Origin: Flavobacteriales bacterium
GTDB lineage: Bacteria; Bacteroidota; Bacteroidia; Flavobacteriales; Schleiferiaceae
Assembly: GCA_018623275.1 (NCBI GenBank)
Contig: JAAZVU010000001.1
Coordinates: forward strand, 1 to 44,983
DNA length: 44,983 bases
Direction: 5' to 3'
Shown here: piece by piece, positions 1 through 11,152 of the stretch
How the letters are laid out: every line of letters begins with the position of its first letter
Numbering within the stretch: the first letter of the stretch is position 1
Position numbers and translations under genes: made by a program
Notes under the pieces: generated by a model
The model's database searches: none
Told to the model about the DNA's origin: nothing
What the model saw: the letters and a program-made list of their open reading frames with translations, nothing else

Positions 1-70
1 CGTCGAAATATCGTTGGTGGTAGAAATAAAAATCCTGCGCTTCATGGCCTCAAAGTTATGCTGTTGCGAG

Positions 71-100
71 TTGCCGCTAAGGTAGCGAACCTTATTTTTG
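71..100 (+). promoter_or_regulatory. Bacteroidota-type promoter candidate for queA (-33 TTG 71-73, -7 TATTTTTG 93-100)
   Basis: Exact TAnnTTTG match with 21 nt between the box and ATG 122. A TTG lies 19 bp upstream of the -7 box. Confidence 0.5.
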
Positions 101-121
101 CGCTGAAAGCAAAGCGTACAC

Positions 122-1300
122 ATGCAAAAGTCTGATTTCCTTTACGATCTCCCCGAGCGCAGAATTGCCACACATCCGCTGTCCCAGCGCGACGAAAGCA
201 AACTACTTGTCTTCGATGGAAACATTGGCGATCACAACTTTTCACAACTACCAACGCTCTTGCCTTCAGGCAGCCAATTAATCTTTAACAACACCAAGGT
301 GATCAAAGCACGCCTTCGATTTACTAAAACGGAAGGCGCCAAACCTATCGAAGTATTCTGCCTCAACCCTTATGACCAAAGCGTGGAAGAAGCTATGGAA
401 GCCGTTGAGTCTATACGCTTTGAGTGTATGGTGGGTAATCTGAAACGATGGAAGGACCACCCGCTTCATCTGGAATTGGCCAAGGACCTTACTCTTACTG
501 CCGTCAAAGGCGAAAGATCTGGTCAAGGCTTTATCATCGACTTCTCGTGGACCGGTGCCTACACCTTCTCGGAGGTCCTCAACATTGCCGGGCAGATCCC
601 TCTTCCTCCCTACATGAACCGCGATGCTGAAGAGGACGATGTCGAGCGCTATCAAACCGTCTATGCTGCCAACAATGGCTCAGTCGCTGCACCAACAGCC
701 GGACTGCACTTCACACCGAAAGTTCTCGAACAACTAGATCGCCAGGGTCACAGGCGTCTAGAGCTCACACTTCATGTGGGCGCTGGCACGTTTAAGCCCC
801 TCGGTGACGGCGATATCAGCGCCCACGAAATGCATGCTGAGGAAATCATCTTAAGCAGAGATTGGCTGAAGAATTACCTCGATCACGATGGAGCTAAATT
901 CGCCGTGGGCACAACGAGTTTACGCACACTAGAAAGCTGTCATTGGATTGGGGTAAAGCTAATGGCATCGGGCATATTGGAGAATTTAGGACAGTTTGAC
1001 GCCTACGAATTGGACCAAGAGGTCAGCACAAAAGAAGCCTACAATGCATTGCTAAGTCATCTTGAGGAACACGGTATTGAATCGATGGCGCTTCAAACGC
1101 AATTAATGATTCGACCGGGCTATACGATGAAATCTGTGCAAGGCATCATCACAAATTTCCATCAGCCCGGCTCTACCCTACTCTTGTTGGTAAGTGCTGG
1201 CATCGGAGAGCGATGGAAGGAAGTATATGATCATGCATTGGCAAACGATTATCGCTTTTTAAGCTACGGTGATTCTTCCCTACTCTACTTCAATCGTTAG
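122..1300 (+). CDS. queA: S-adenosylmethionine:tRNA ribosyltransferase-isomerase
   Basis: 392-aa ORF. N-terminus MQKSDFLYDLPERRIATHP and the C-terminal blocks ITNFHQPGSTLLLLV and FLSYGDSSLL are typical QueA signatures. Confidence 0.95.
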   Translation: MQKSDFLYDLPERRIATHPLSQRDESKLLVFDGNIGDHNFSQLPTLLPSGSQLIFNNTKVIKARLRFTKTEGAKPIEVFCLNPYDQSVEEAMEAVESIRFECMVGNLKRWKDHPLHLELAKDLTLTAVKGERSGQGFIIDFSWTGAYTFSEVLNIAGQIPLPPYMNRDAEEDDVERYQTVYAANNGSVAAPTAGLHFTPKVLEQLDRQGHRRLELTLHVGAGTFKPLGDGDISAHEMHAEEIILSRDWLKNYLDHDGAKFAVGTTSLRTLESCHWIGVKLMASGILENLGQFDAYELDQEVSTKEAYNALLSHLEEHGIESMALQTQLMIRPGYTMKSVQGIITNFHQPGSTLLLLVSAGIGERWKEVYDHALANDYRFLSYGDSSLLYFNR

Positions 1301-1359
1301 CAACTTTTAGTTATTCACTTTTCTTGGTGATCTAATAATTCTGGGGCCAATTTCGCTCT

Positions 1360-2259
1360 ATGAAACAACTGCTCATTTGCCTTCTTCTCCCTTGGCTTAG
1401 CCAGGGGCAACCTTGGGTGTTCTACAACCTCGAGAACCTTTTTGACACTATTGGTGACCGCGGCTTTCACGATGAGGAGTTCACCCCGAAAGGCACTAAA
1501 AAATATGCTTCCATTCGCTATAGATTGTGTGTAAGACAAAGTGCTCGCGTACTGAATGCGCTTGAACAGATCGGCAGGTCGGCACCCGTAATAGGCTTGT
1601 GTGAAATAGAGAATAGAAGTGTTCTTGAGGACCTAATCAATCATAAAGGGATACGTAAACATGGTCCGTGGAATATCGTGCACTATGATAGTCCCGATCA
1701 TAGAGGAATCGATTGTGGAATCATCTATAAATCGGACCAAGTTCAAATTATTGATAGCGATCGTATTCGATACTCCAACGATTCTCTTCAAACCCGAGAT
1801 GCACTCTTTATTCGTTATGAATTTGACTCCATCATTTACAATGTTGTGGTTGTTCATCTTCCATCAAAGAGTGGCGGAGCAATCCAGAGTCAGTGGAAAA
1901 GAGAATTGGCCTGGCAAAGCATCTCCGCAGTTGTGGACACTTGTAAGGATCCCACGATGATAATGGGAGATTTTAATGACGAAGTGGGGCTGGCACAAAC
2001 CAAGTTCTTCCGTGATCATTGGCAGAGTAGCACAAAACCTAAGTCTGGAGGCAGCTACAAATACCGTGGGCGTTGGAACACTATAGACGGTGCCATTGCA
2101 AACTTTTCTTTTCAGAGCAGGATTTGTGACCTGCCCATGTTGCAAGAAAAAGACAGCAAATGGGGCGGATTTAAACCGCGAAGACGCTGGCAAGGAAGCT
2201 TCTTTATCAACGGATACTCAGACCATTTGCCCGTTTACTTTTCAAAGGTCGAGGATTGA
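1360..2259 (+). CDS. Secreted endonuclease/exonuclease/phosphatase (EEP) family protein
   Basis: 299-aa ORF with a signal-like N-terminus (MKQLLICLLLPWLSQG). NLENLFD near the N-terminus, then GDFND and SDHLPV near the C-terminus, match the EEP fold. Confidence 0.8.
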   Translation: MKQLLICLLLPWLSQGQPWVFYNLENLFDTIGDRGFHDEEFTPKGTKKYASIRYRLCVRQSARVLNALEQIGRSAPVIGLCEIENRSVLEDLINHKGIRKHGPWNIVHYDSPDHRGIDCGIIYKSDQVQIIDSDRIRYSNDSLQTRDALFIRYEFDSIIYNVVVVHLPSKSGGAIQSQWKRELAWQSISAVVDTCKDPTMIMGDFNDEVGLAQTKFFRDHWQSSTKPKSGGSYKYRGRWNTIDGAIANFSFQSRICDLPMLQEKDSKWGGFKPRRRWQGSFFINGYSDHLPVYFSKVED

Positions 2260-2308
2260 GGAAAATGCGTTATTTTCGTAAGCATATCAAAATGATCTTT
2301 CGACGATT

Positions 2309-3310
2309 ATGAAAAAACTAATTGCCCTTGGCGCCGTTGCAGGTGCTTTATTCTTAACCTCTTGTGAAACAGGGGGTGCTGAACCAGCTCCAGCGACTTA
2401 CCCTGGTGACTCTTTGACTGTATCCAACCAAGCTCGTCCTCTAGTGATTGAAACTACAGGCGCATGGTGTCAGTACTGCCCGAACGGTGCAGAAATCATG
2501 ACCATGATCGACGGCGTTTTAGGTGATAGTGTTGTACTTGTTGCCAACCACGTTGGTGATTGGTTTGCTGATGATAATGCAGCTTCAAGTGCATTCGACG
2601 ATAACTTCCCTACTTCTGGTGTACCGAACTTCTATGTAAACAATACCGACCAAGGTCAAAGTCCAACGGCTGCTGCTGCTGCAGCTATCCTTGAAGAGGT
2701 TGCCTTTGGTATTGAAGCTGAAGTTGTAGATACTGCAGGTAAGCTTGTTGTATATCCACGTATCAAGTGTTTGGAAACAAAAATTGACGAAGTATTCATG
2801 GTTCAATCTTACTTGTTATTGAACGGTGTTGTAGCTAAGGATTACGGTAACGGTGTAGATCTGAACCAAGTTAGTTCAGTTCCTAAAGTAACTACTGGTT
2901 CTGGCGCAACCCCTACAGTATGGTCGCAAGATGCAGCTGAGATTGCAGCAGGTGTATTCTTGATCGCCTCTGGTACTACCTATACTCACGATGAAGCTTT
3001 GTTTGGTCATGCAACGGCAGCTGTTAAAGGTTGGTCGCAAAGCCCAGATGCTTCTATCGCTGATACTTCAATGGTAACTCTAGGTCCTTGGGGCATGAAT
3101 TTGAGCGACATTAACGCTTTAGGCGGCTCTTACGCTGCAGGTGATATCTTCGGTACTCGCTACTCAGCGGTTCAACTGGAGATCACTAAGCCAACTCTTC
3201 CAGCGGGTATGGAAGCAGATTACAGCGTTGCAACCATCATCTGGCAATTGCGCCAAGACGGTTCAGGCGATTACGACTACGTAAACGGTGTAGTGACTCA
3301 CGTTCACTAA
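2309..3310 (+). CDS. Lipoprotein, Omp28-related / thioredoxin-like (CxxC)
   Basis: Lipobox MKKLIALGAVAGALFLTS|C. The block VIETTGAWCQYCPNG resembles the Omp28-related outer-membrane lipoprotein family as I recall it (unverified). A strong terminator follows. Confidence 0.7.
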   Translation: MKKLIALGAVAGALFLTSCETGGAEPAPATYPGDSLTVSNQARPLVIETTGAWCQYCPNGAEIMTMIDGVLGDSVVLVANHVGDWFADDNAASSAFDDNFPTSGVPNFYVNNTDQGQSPTAAAAAAILEEVAFGIEAEVVDTAGKLVVYPRIKCLETKIDEVFMVQSYLLLNGVVAKDYGNGVDLNQVSSVPKVTTGSGATPTVWSQDAAEIAAGVFLIASGTTYTHDEALFGHATAAVKGWSQSPDASIADTSMVTLGPWGMNLSDINALGGSYAAGDIFGTRYSAVQLEITKPTLPAGMEADYSVATIIWQLRQDGSGDYDYVNGVVTHVH

Positions 3311-3332
3311 GAACAGTTTTAATAGAACATTC

Positions 3333-3364
3333 AAAGCCCTGCAGTTTCCTGCAGGGCTTTTTTT
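3333..3364 (+). terminator. Rho-independent terminator after the lipoprotein gene
   Basis: 12-bp perfect stem aaagccctgcag / ctgcagggcttt with loop tttc, followed by a T-run. Confidence 0.85.
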
Positions 3365-3375
3365 ATATTCATTCA

Positions 3376-3750
3376 ATGCAATTCCTTTACTTGATAATCA
3401 TTGGCTCATTGCTGCCAATCTTCCATCCTCCTCAAAGTGAAGTGCCCGCGAACGGCACCTACACTTATGAAATAGTTTTCGCAGAATGGGGAGATAAATC
3501 TTTAGAGGATGAAATTATCATAGTCCTTGAAGACGGTCATATAGCTTTGCTTATTTCTGAAAACTCAAATACAGTATGGACGGGTGCTGAACCCGGTGAT
3601 GTTTGGGAGGAAGGCACTCTACGCAAACACAAAAGCGGTGTGTGGATAATCAGTAACGACAAAAGCGATGTAGATCTTGATGAGATTGGCGGCTGTACCG
3701 GAGGACCGATCATAATAGATTTCGAGAAACGAACCGTTGAAATGTGTTAA
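3376..3750 (+). CDS. Hypothetical small exported protein
   Basis: 124-aa ORF with a hydrophobic N-terminus (MQFLYLIIIGSLLPIF). It is bracketed by two strong hairpin terminators. I recognise no family. Confidence 0.5.
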   Translation: MQFLYLIIIGSLLPIFHPPQSEVPANGTYTYEIVFAEWGDKSLEDEIIIVLEDGHIALLISENSNTVWTGAEPGDVWEEGTLRKHKSGVWIISNDKSDVDLDEIGGCTGGPIIIDFEKRTVEMC

Positions 3751-3752
3751 AC

Positions 3753-3790
3753 AAAGAGCCCCGCAGTAAACTGCGGGGCTCTTTTATTTT
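3753..3790. terminator. Bidirectional terminator between the convergent hypothetical gene and yidC
   Basis: 14-bp stem aaagagccccgcag / ctgcggggctcttt with loop taaa. T-rich on the plus side (tatttt) and tttgttt on the minus side. Confidence 0.8.
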
Positions 3791-3808
3791 AAACGCTTTT
3801 CGAAACGA

Positions 3809-5596
3809 TTATCCGTTTCTGCGCTGAGATCTGTTCTTGTTCTGTTGACGTTGCATTTCAGCTAAACGCTGCTGGAACTTGCTTTCCTTTTTCGGTTGTG
3901 CACGCTTAGCTTCAATCTTAGCTAGGATGGCATCGTCATTTACTGTCTTACGAATACCCCACTGCATAGAGAAGGTAATGATGTTCGACAAGAAGTAGTA
4001 ATACGTCAAACCTGAAGGGAAGCTGTTCAATACAAACATGAACATGAGCGGCATCAAATACATGATCACGCGCATCTGCTTCATCTGCTCATTAGAACCC
4101 GTTTGAGGAGTCATCTGCTGATTCATCCAAGTGTATAGGATGGTAGATGCTGTCATCAATAACGTGAACAACGAAAGGTGGTTACCAAAGAAGGTAGAGA
4201 TAAGTGGTATCTCGGTAGACCATGAAATAATGCTATCGTAGGTACTCAGATCTTTTGCCCAAAGGAAGCTCTCCCCTCTTAGCTCAATCGAAGCTGGGAA
4301 GAAGCGGAACATGGCGAAAAGAATTGGCATCTGAACGATTACTGGAACACAACCACCTAACGGGCTCGCACCAGCTTCACGGTAGAGATTCATAATGGCC
4401 TGTTGCTTCTGTACGTTTTCTTTCTCAGAGCTGTACTTCTCATTGATCTTATCAATCTCAGGCTTTAACACACGCATCTTAGCCATAGAACGGTAAGAGG
4501 CAAATGTCAAAGGACTGAGGGTCAATTTGATGATCAACACCATGATAAAGATGATCAAACCATAACCCAATCCGTAGCCTTCAAGCCAGTTGAAAATAGG
4601 CACTACAACTCCGCGACCGATGGCACCGAAGATGCCCCAGCCAAAGTTGATGGCCTTTTCGTAGCCTTGACCGTAGGTCTTTAGAAGCTGGTACTGATTA
4701 GGACCTGCATACATTTCAAATGGTAAGGTGTACGCACCGCTCACGGTTTGATTTAGTGTAGCAGTTGCATTGTAATCTTTAATGAGGTCTTCATTGTCGT
4801 CACCACCGTTTACTGTAGCAATATCTGCAGAGGCAAAGCCTTGCTCTGGGTGAACAATCAATGAGAAGAAACGCTGTTTTTGTGCCAACCAATTGATTGG
4901 GTCCGTAGTTTCACTGTCGTCAGAACCACGTCCAGCCAAATGCTCCACATCGCCGTCTTCCGTAAGTTGGTATACGAAGCTAGAGTATTGACGCTCCGTG
5001 CTAATACCCTTTTCAGTGCGTAGTGCACTGCGCTCCCAGTAAATCTCTGGCTTACCGCTAGCTGCTGCAGTACCGTTTACGATGAACGAGTAATCGTAGC
5101 CTACCTCAGCGAGTTCGATACTCACTTTAGTTTCTCCATCTGAAAAGACGATGCCGCGATCTGAGCTAGATACCACAGCAAACTCTTTGCTGCTCAAGGC
5201 CTCACCACCAGGAAGACGAAGGTCAAAAACATGGTTGTTGCCTTTGATTAGATCTAAAGCTTTTGCTGTATCGTCATACGTGTGGTAATCTGCTAATGCC
5301 GCACTTGTAAGCGACGCACCTGCAGAAGAAAATGTCAAGCTCAGCTCAGCATTGCTAATGGTTACCTCTTGCGCGACGAATGCGTTCGAATCGGCCACCG
5401 CCTCTACTTCTAAAGCAGGTTTAGCATCAGCACTCAACGCGTCCGTAGTTGCTACCTCTTCAACTACTTCGGTAGCAGCCTCAGACTCTACCTCCGGTGC
5501 ATTCTTAGTATTCCACCATCCGAAGCCAAGTATGATTGCCCCAATGAGCAAAAAGCCCGCAATCTGATTTTTATCTATTCCTTTATTCTCCTCCAT
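3809..5596 (-). CDS. yidC: Membrane protein insertase YidC
   Basis: 595 aa. N-terminal TM segment, large periplasmic domain, C-terminal 60-kDa-IMP core (GGCVPVIVQMPILFAMFRFF) and a basic tail. There is a 1-nt spacer after the pyrG stop. Confidence 0.93.
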   Translation of the reverse strand: MEENKGIDKNQIAGFLLIGAIILGFGWWNTKNAPEVESEAATEVVEEVATTDALSADAKPALEVEAVADSNAFVAQEVTISNAELSLTFSSAGASLTSAALADYHTYDDTAKALDLIKGNNHVFDLRLPGGEALSSKEFAVVSSSDRGIVFSDGETKVSIELAEVGYDYSFIVNGTAAASGKPEIYWERSALRTEKGISTERQYSSFVYQLTEDGDVEHLAGRGSDDSETTDPINWLAQKQRFFSLIVHPEQGFASADIATVNGGDDNEDLIKDYNATATLNQTVSGAYTLPFEMYAGPNQYQLLKTYGQGYEKAINFGWGIFGAIGRGVVVPIFNWLEGYGLGYGLIIFIMVLIIKLTLSPLTFASYRSMAKMRVLKPEIDKINEKYSSEKENVQKQQAIMNLYREAGASPLGGCVPVIVQMPILFAMFRFFPASIELRGESFLWAKDLSTYDSIISWSTEIPLISTFFGNHLSLFTLLMTASTILYTWMNQQMTPQTGSNEQMKQMRVIMYLMPLMFMFVLNSFPSGLTYYYFLSNIITFSMQWGIRKTVNDDAILAKIEAKRAQPKKESKFQQRLAEMQRQQNKNRSQRRNG

Positions 5597-5597
5597 C

Positions 5598-7247
<1,650 letters not shown>

Positions 7248-7256
7248 CTACGCCAT

Positions 7257-9572
7257 TTAAAAGGCAAAACTTGCGCTAATCGTAGGCATTATTGGCAATT
7301 GATTCACACGCTCAGCAGCGGTGCGATCGTAGTAGAAAATATTCGCTCTATTGTAGATGTTCGTTGCACCAAAAGTCACCTCCAAAGCGCCTGCCTTCAG
7401 GTTAGTAGAATACTTTAACGACGCATCTAATCTATGGTACGTTGGAAGGCGTTTGCTGTTCAAGGCGCCATAGAGCACACTCGGGTCGCCGTTTGCTGTG
7501 GTGTAATCAAAATCAATATCTGGATTTCCAATTGGGTCCAAGAAATCAATCCCTGGATAATAGCCTTGGGTAGGCGTAAATGGGAAACCGGTTCCTAAGT
7601 TCCAACGAACGGATAAGAACCACTTTTCCTCCTTGCCCAATTTCGCATTACCCACAAGGTTAATGTTGTGGCGACGGTCAAAATTTGGATGATACACCTG
7701 AATGCCGTCATCACGTGTGACTTTACTCCAAGCATAAACGGCCCATAAATAGTACCTGCCTTGTTCGTACTTAACTACTGCATCGTATCCGTAAGCTAGA
7801 CCGCGCTCTACGATAAAATCTTTGCGCAATATTTCCGGGCGATCGCTGTATACTGGAATATCGTCGTAGAGTTTGTTTCTGTTGATGTTGGTAATCTGCG
7901 AGAAATCCTTGATGTAGGATTCAAGATTTATGTCCCAATGCTTGCCTAGATCGTATTCAAAACCTGCCACACCGTGGGCAGCTTTTTGAAGCTTGGAAGT
8001 GATAGGACGATCTCTAAACGATGATGGCAGATCTGTTGCACCACTCAAGAAACCGTAGAACAGGTTGACTACATCGCGGTCAGAGTTTGCTGCAACGAGG
8101 TTTTGGCTATATCGACCACCTGAGGCCTTGAAGCGAAAATCTTCGGTGATGTTGTACTTCAAACCTAGGCGCGGCTCAATGCTTAGCTCTGAAAGAGAAC
8201 CGTAGTAGTGCAGTCGCAAACCTGGCTCAAGTACTAAGAGCGGTGTAACCTTTCGATAGTTGAAATAGCCACCAAGCTCCGTGGTATTCTCTTCTTGATT
8301 GAGTTGCAAGCCCAGCGAGTTTGTGAAGTCGAAACGTGTGTTGTAGCCTATGAGGTCTATTCCATATTTTATCTCATCGGCTTTGCCTAAGAAATAGGTA
8401 AAATCCAATCCACCATTGAATCCGTTGATGCGTGAACTGCGCGGTTGATCTGGGTTTTCTGTGCTTTGAATGAAGTAAGAACTCTGTGCAAAATCACCTT
8501 CAATCAGCGTTGCTGAAGCTGGCGGTACTACGAGGAAATTCACTCCATATCCAGAGCTGTTCCACTGAATGCCTTGGGCACTATCAAGCATCACTGCGTC
8601 TGTAAAGTTGAAAGCCTTGGCACTAAGCTTCGAACCGGACGAATTCTGCGTTGTAAATTTCCCGTAGATATCATTGAAGGTGAAGGGTAGTCCGCCGAAT
8701 CGAGTCTCCACATATGGATAAAAAATGGGTGCTGCCTGACGCAGGTAAGAGGTCTTACCGCTGACAAATAAGCTGTTATTCGCCAAACCGTTCTCGTCGC
8801 GCTTTCCTATAGGAGCCTCCACGAGTAGCTTACTCATGTAAGTTGAAGCATACCCTTTTGCCTTGAACTCTGAACGGTTACCGTCTCTGGTACTAATATC
8901 CATTACCGAGGAGTTGCGCGAACCGTACTGAGCGCCAAAGCCCGCCGTGTAAACTTTCGCATCTTGCAAGACGTCGGTATCGAAAACTGAAAAGAATCCA
9001 ATGCTGTGGAATGGATTATAAATAATCATCCCATCTAGCAGCACTAAGTTTTGGATAGGTGCACCACCGCGAATGTATAATTGGCCACCTTGATCACCAG
9101 TAGTCACCACCCCAGGTAGCACAGCTAATGCCTTCATCAAATCCGGGTCTCCACCTGCCGAGAATGTTTCAATATTCTTTGGATTAAGACTCACTACTGC
9201 AGTGTTCACCTTGGTCTTGCGCTGTAACCGGGCAACGTTAATATCTACAGTGTTGAGCATCTGAGTGCTCTCCTCCAAATAGACTTTCACTGAGGCAGGC
9301 TTGTTCTTAAAAACGCGTGTCTCTACCGTGGCTGTCTCGTAGCCAAGAAAGCTTACTGAGACCGTTTTTGCACCAATAGGAACATCTGAAATCTGGAAAT
9401 AACCGTTAAAATCTGTGGTCGCTCCTAGTTTGTCCTCTTCAATAACAACGTTTGCATAAGGTACGGGAGCACCGCCGTCTTTTTCATAAACGAAACCTCG
9501 AAGAATATTACCCTGGGCAGATGCTTGAAGGGTGAAAAGGGCAAAAAATAGGAGTGGGAATAGTTTTCTCAT
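7257..9572 (-). CDS. TonB-dependent receptor-like outer-membrane protein with N-terminal CarboxypepD_reg domain
   Basis: Signal peptide MRKLFPLLFFALFTLQASA. A carboxypeptidase-regulatory-like beta-sandwich (GFVYEKDGGAPVPYANVVI...TDFNGYFQI) is followed by plug and barrel regions, and the protein ends in ...SASFAF. I prefer ATG 9572 to the track TTG 9593. No SusD-like partner is adjacent. Confidence 0.85.
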   Translation of the reverse strand: MRKLFPLLFFALFTLQASAQGNILRGFVYEKDGGAPVPYANVVIEEDKLGATTDFNGYFQISDVPIGAKTVSVSFLGYETATVETRVFKNKPASVKVYLEESTQMLNTVDINVARLQRKTKVNTAVVSLNPKNIETFSAGGDPDLMKALAVLPGVVTTGDQGGQLYIRGGAPIQNLVLLDGMIIYNPFHSIGFFSVFDTDVLQDAKVYTAGFGAQYGSRNSSVMDISTRDGNRSEFKAKGYASTYMSKLLVEAPIGKRDENGLANNSLFVSGKTSYLRQAAPIFYPYVETRFGGLPFTFNDIYGKFTTQNSSGSKLSAKAFNFTDAVMLDSAQGIQWNSSGYGVNFLVVPPASATLIEGDFAQSSYFIQSTENPDQPRSSRINGFNGGLDFTYFLGKADEIKYGIDLIGYNTRFDFTNSLGLQLNQEENTTELGGYFNYRKVTPLLVLEPGLRLHYYGSLSELSIEPRLGLKYNITEDFRFKASGGRYSQNLVAANSDRDVVNLFYGFLSGATDLPSSFRDRPITSKLQKAAHGVAGFEYDLGKHWDINLESYIKDFSQITNINRNKLYDDIPVYSDRPEILRKDFIVERGLAYGYDAVVKYEQGRYYLWAVYAWSKVTRDDGIQVYHPNFDRRHNINLVGNAKLGKEEKWFLSVRWNLGTGFPFTPTQGYYPGIDFLDPIGNPDIDFDYTTANGDPSVLYGALNSKRLPTYHRLDASLKYSTNLKAGALEVTFGATNIYNRANIFYYDRTAAERVNQLPIMPTISASFAF

Positions 9573-9590
9573 CTGCAAAAGTAGGTCAAG

Positions 9591-9598
9591 CAAATGTA
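9591..9598 (-). promoter_or_regulatory. -7 box (TACATTTG) candidate for the TonB-dependent receptor gene
   Basis: TAnnTTTG match with 18 nt between the box and ATG 9572. It overlaps the track TTG start at 9593, which argues against that start. A second match (TACTTTTG, 9576-9583) lies too close to the ATG. Confidence 0.4.
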
Positions 9599-9602
9599 CG
9601 GA

Positions 9603-10616
9603 CTAGAGCGCACATTTGATAAGCCATTCGCGCAGGTGCTCATACTCATTCGAACTAGATGGGATGACCCCTTTGCACTTGCGGTCAAATTCTAGTAATT
9701 CAGCCAACATGTTGTGCGCGTGAGCAGGGCTGTAATGGCGTGCTGCGGCTGAGAATTGCTTGAGAAAATAAGGGTGTACTTTGAGCGCCGAAGCAATCTG
9801 TTTCTCCGGCTTGCCCTTCATGCTGTGGTATTGAATGAGGTTGTTTACGAAGTTGAACAAGATCCCCGTAATCATTTGCACCGGGTGTTCCTTCGGGTTT
9901 TTGGAGAAATAATGGACAATTTTAAACGCCTTTGCCATTTCTCTATGAGCTATAGCCGCCACCAATTCAAAGTTATTGTAATCCTTTGAGATGCCTATGT
10001 GACGTTCAATGTCCTCAGGGGTCAATTGTCTGTTCTCACCCATCGCGACATCAAGCTTGTCTACTTCCTTGAATAATCGGCTCAGATCGGCACCGACCTG
10101 CTCGGCCATAGCAGCGACCACTGCGGTACCCGCGTGAAATCCTTTTGCACTCAACTGACCTTCTAACCAAGGGATGACTTGGTAATCGCGTAGTGGATCG
10201 CTTTCCAAAAAGACCGTTTTCGCCTTGATGGCCTTCCCTGCTTTGGAGCGCTTGTCGAGCTTCTTGTGCATATGACCGAAAGCCAAGATGGTTGAAGGCT
10301 GCGGCTGCTCTAGGTAGCCGGAGAGTAATTCCCAGTCCGCAGCCTTGAGGTGCTGCGCCTCCTTCACCAAGACCACCATTTTATCACTCATCATTGGGAA
10401 GCGCTTGGCCTCCTCTAGGATTTGGAGCATGTTGGTGTCCTTGCCGTAGAGCACGGTTTGATTGAAACTACGCTCGGCCTCATCAAGGGCGTTGTGCTCA
10501 ATGTAATCCAACAACTGTTGGGCATAGAAAGGCTCCTCTCCTGCAAAAAAGTAAACGGGTGCATAGTTGCCCGCTTTCAAATCTCGTAAGATGCCGTCAA
10601 AGGAATTGGCCGCCAT
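9603..10616 (-). CDS. holA: DNA polymerase III subunit delta
   Basis: 337 aa. The N-terminus (LKAGNYAPVYFFAGEEPFYAQQLLDYIE) and overall layout are typical of HolA. It starts 7 nt after the rlmH stop. Confidence 0.85.
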   Translation of the reverse strand: MAANSFDGILRDLKAGNYAPVYFFAGEEPFYAQQLLDYIEHNALDEAERSFNQTVLYGKDTNMLQILEEAKRFPMMSDKMVVLVKEAQHLKAADWELLSGYLEQPQPSTILAFGHMHKKLDKRSKAGKAIKAKTVFLESDPLRDYQVIPWLEGQLSAKGFHAGTAVVAAMAEQVGADLSRLFKEVDKLDVAMGENRQLTPEDIERHIGISKDYNNFELVAAIAHREMAKAFKIVHYFSKNPKEHPVQMITGILFNFVNNLIQYHSMKGKPEKQIASALKVHPYFLKQFSAAARHYSPAHAHNMLAELLEFDRKCKGVIPSSSNEYEHLREWLIKCAL

Positions 10617-10623
10617 AATCTGG

Positions 10624-11097
10624 TTAATCGTTGTGGTAAGGTTCTCCTCGCAATATCGTCATTGCGCGGTAAAGTTGCTCTAAGAAAATAACGCGAATAA
10701 GCTGGTGCGAGGTGGTCATTTTGCTCATGGAAAGCTTTGCATTTGCACGTTCGTACATGGACGGCGCAAAGCCAAAGGCGCCTCCGACAATAAAGACCAA
10801 TCGCTTGGGACCAGCATTGCGCCACTTTTGAATCTGATTGGCAAATCCCCTGCTGTGGTATTCTTTGCCATTTTCGTCGAGAAGAACCACCGTATCCGTT
10901 GGTTCTAAAAATTTCTCATAAACTGCGGCCTCTGCTTCTTTAAGCGCTTCAGAGCTCATTTTGCCGCCACCTTTCACATCGGGTAATGCGTGGAATTCGG
11001 TTTTTTGGTAATGTTTTAATCGCTTCAAAAAGACGTTCATACCGTCCTCTATCCAGCGTTCAGAAGTTTTACCAATAACGAGAAATACAATCTTCAT
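10624..11097 (-). CDS. rlmH: 23S rRNA (pseudouridine1915-N3)-methyltransferase
   Basis: 157 aa of SPOUT fold. MKIVFLVIGKT..., LVFIVGGAFGF and the C-terminus ILRGEPYH are RlmH hallmarks. Confidence 0.93.
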   Translation of the reverse strand: MKIVFLVIGKTSERWIEDGMNVFLKRLKHYQKTEFHALPDVKGGGKMSSEALKEAEAAVYEKFLEPTDTVVLLDENGKEYHSRGFANQIQKWRNAGPKRLVFIVGGAFGFAPSMYERANAKLSMSKMTTSHQLIRVIFLEQLYRAMTILRGEPYHND

Positions 11098-11152
11098 AGC
11101 ACGGGCAAAGATGCTAACTTGCAGTCACACCTACCAAAGAGTTGAGCAATTT

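Noticed and set aside
1-45. Possible 5' end of a leftward gene (minus-strand ATG at 45-43, MKRRIFISTTNDIST...).
   Set aside because: Only 15 codons are visible. That is too little to support a call or a product.
7257-9572. TonB-dependent receptor as part of a SusC/SusD polysaccharide utilisation locus.
   Set aside because: No SusD-like lipoprotein or glycoside hydrolase is adjacent. The neighbours are holA and pyrG.
10577-10825. 82-aa minus-strand ORF spanning the rlmH/holA junction.
   Set aside because: It is out of frame with two well-supported genes on the same strand, and its composition is Arg/Cys-rich and non-protein-like.
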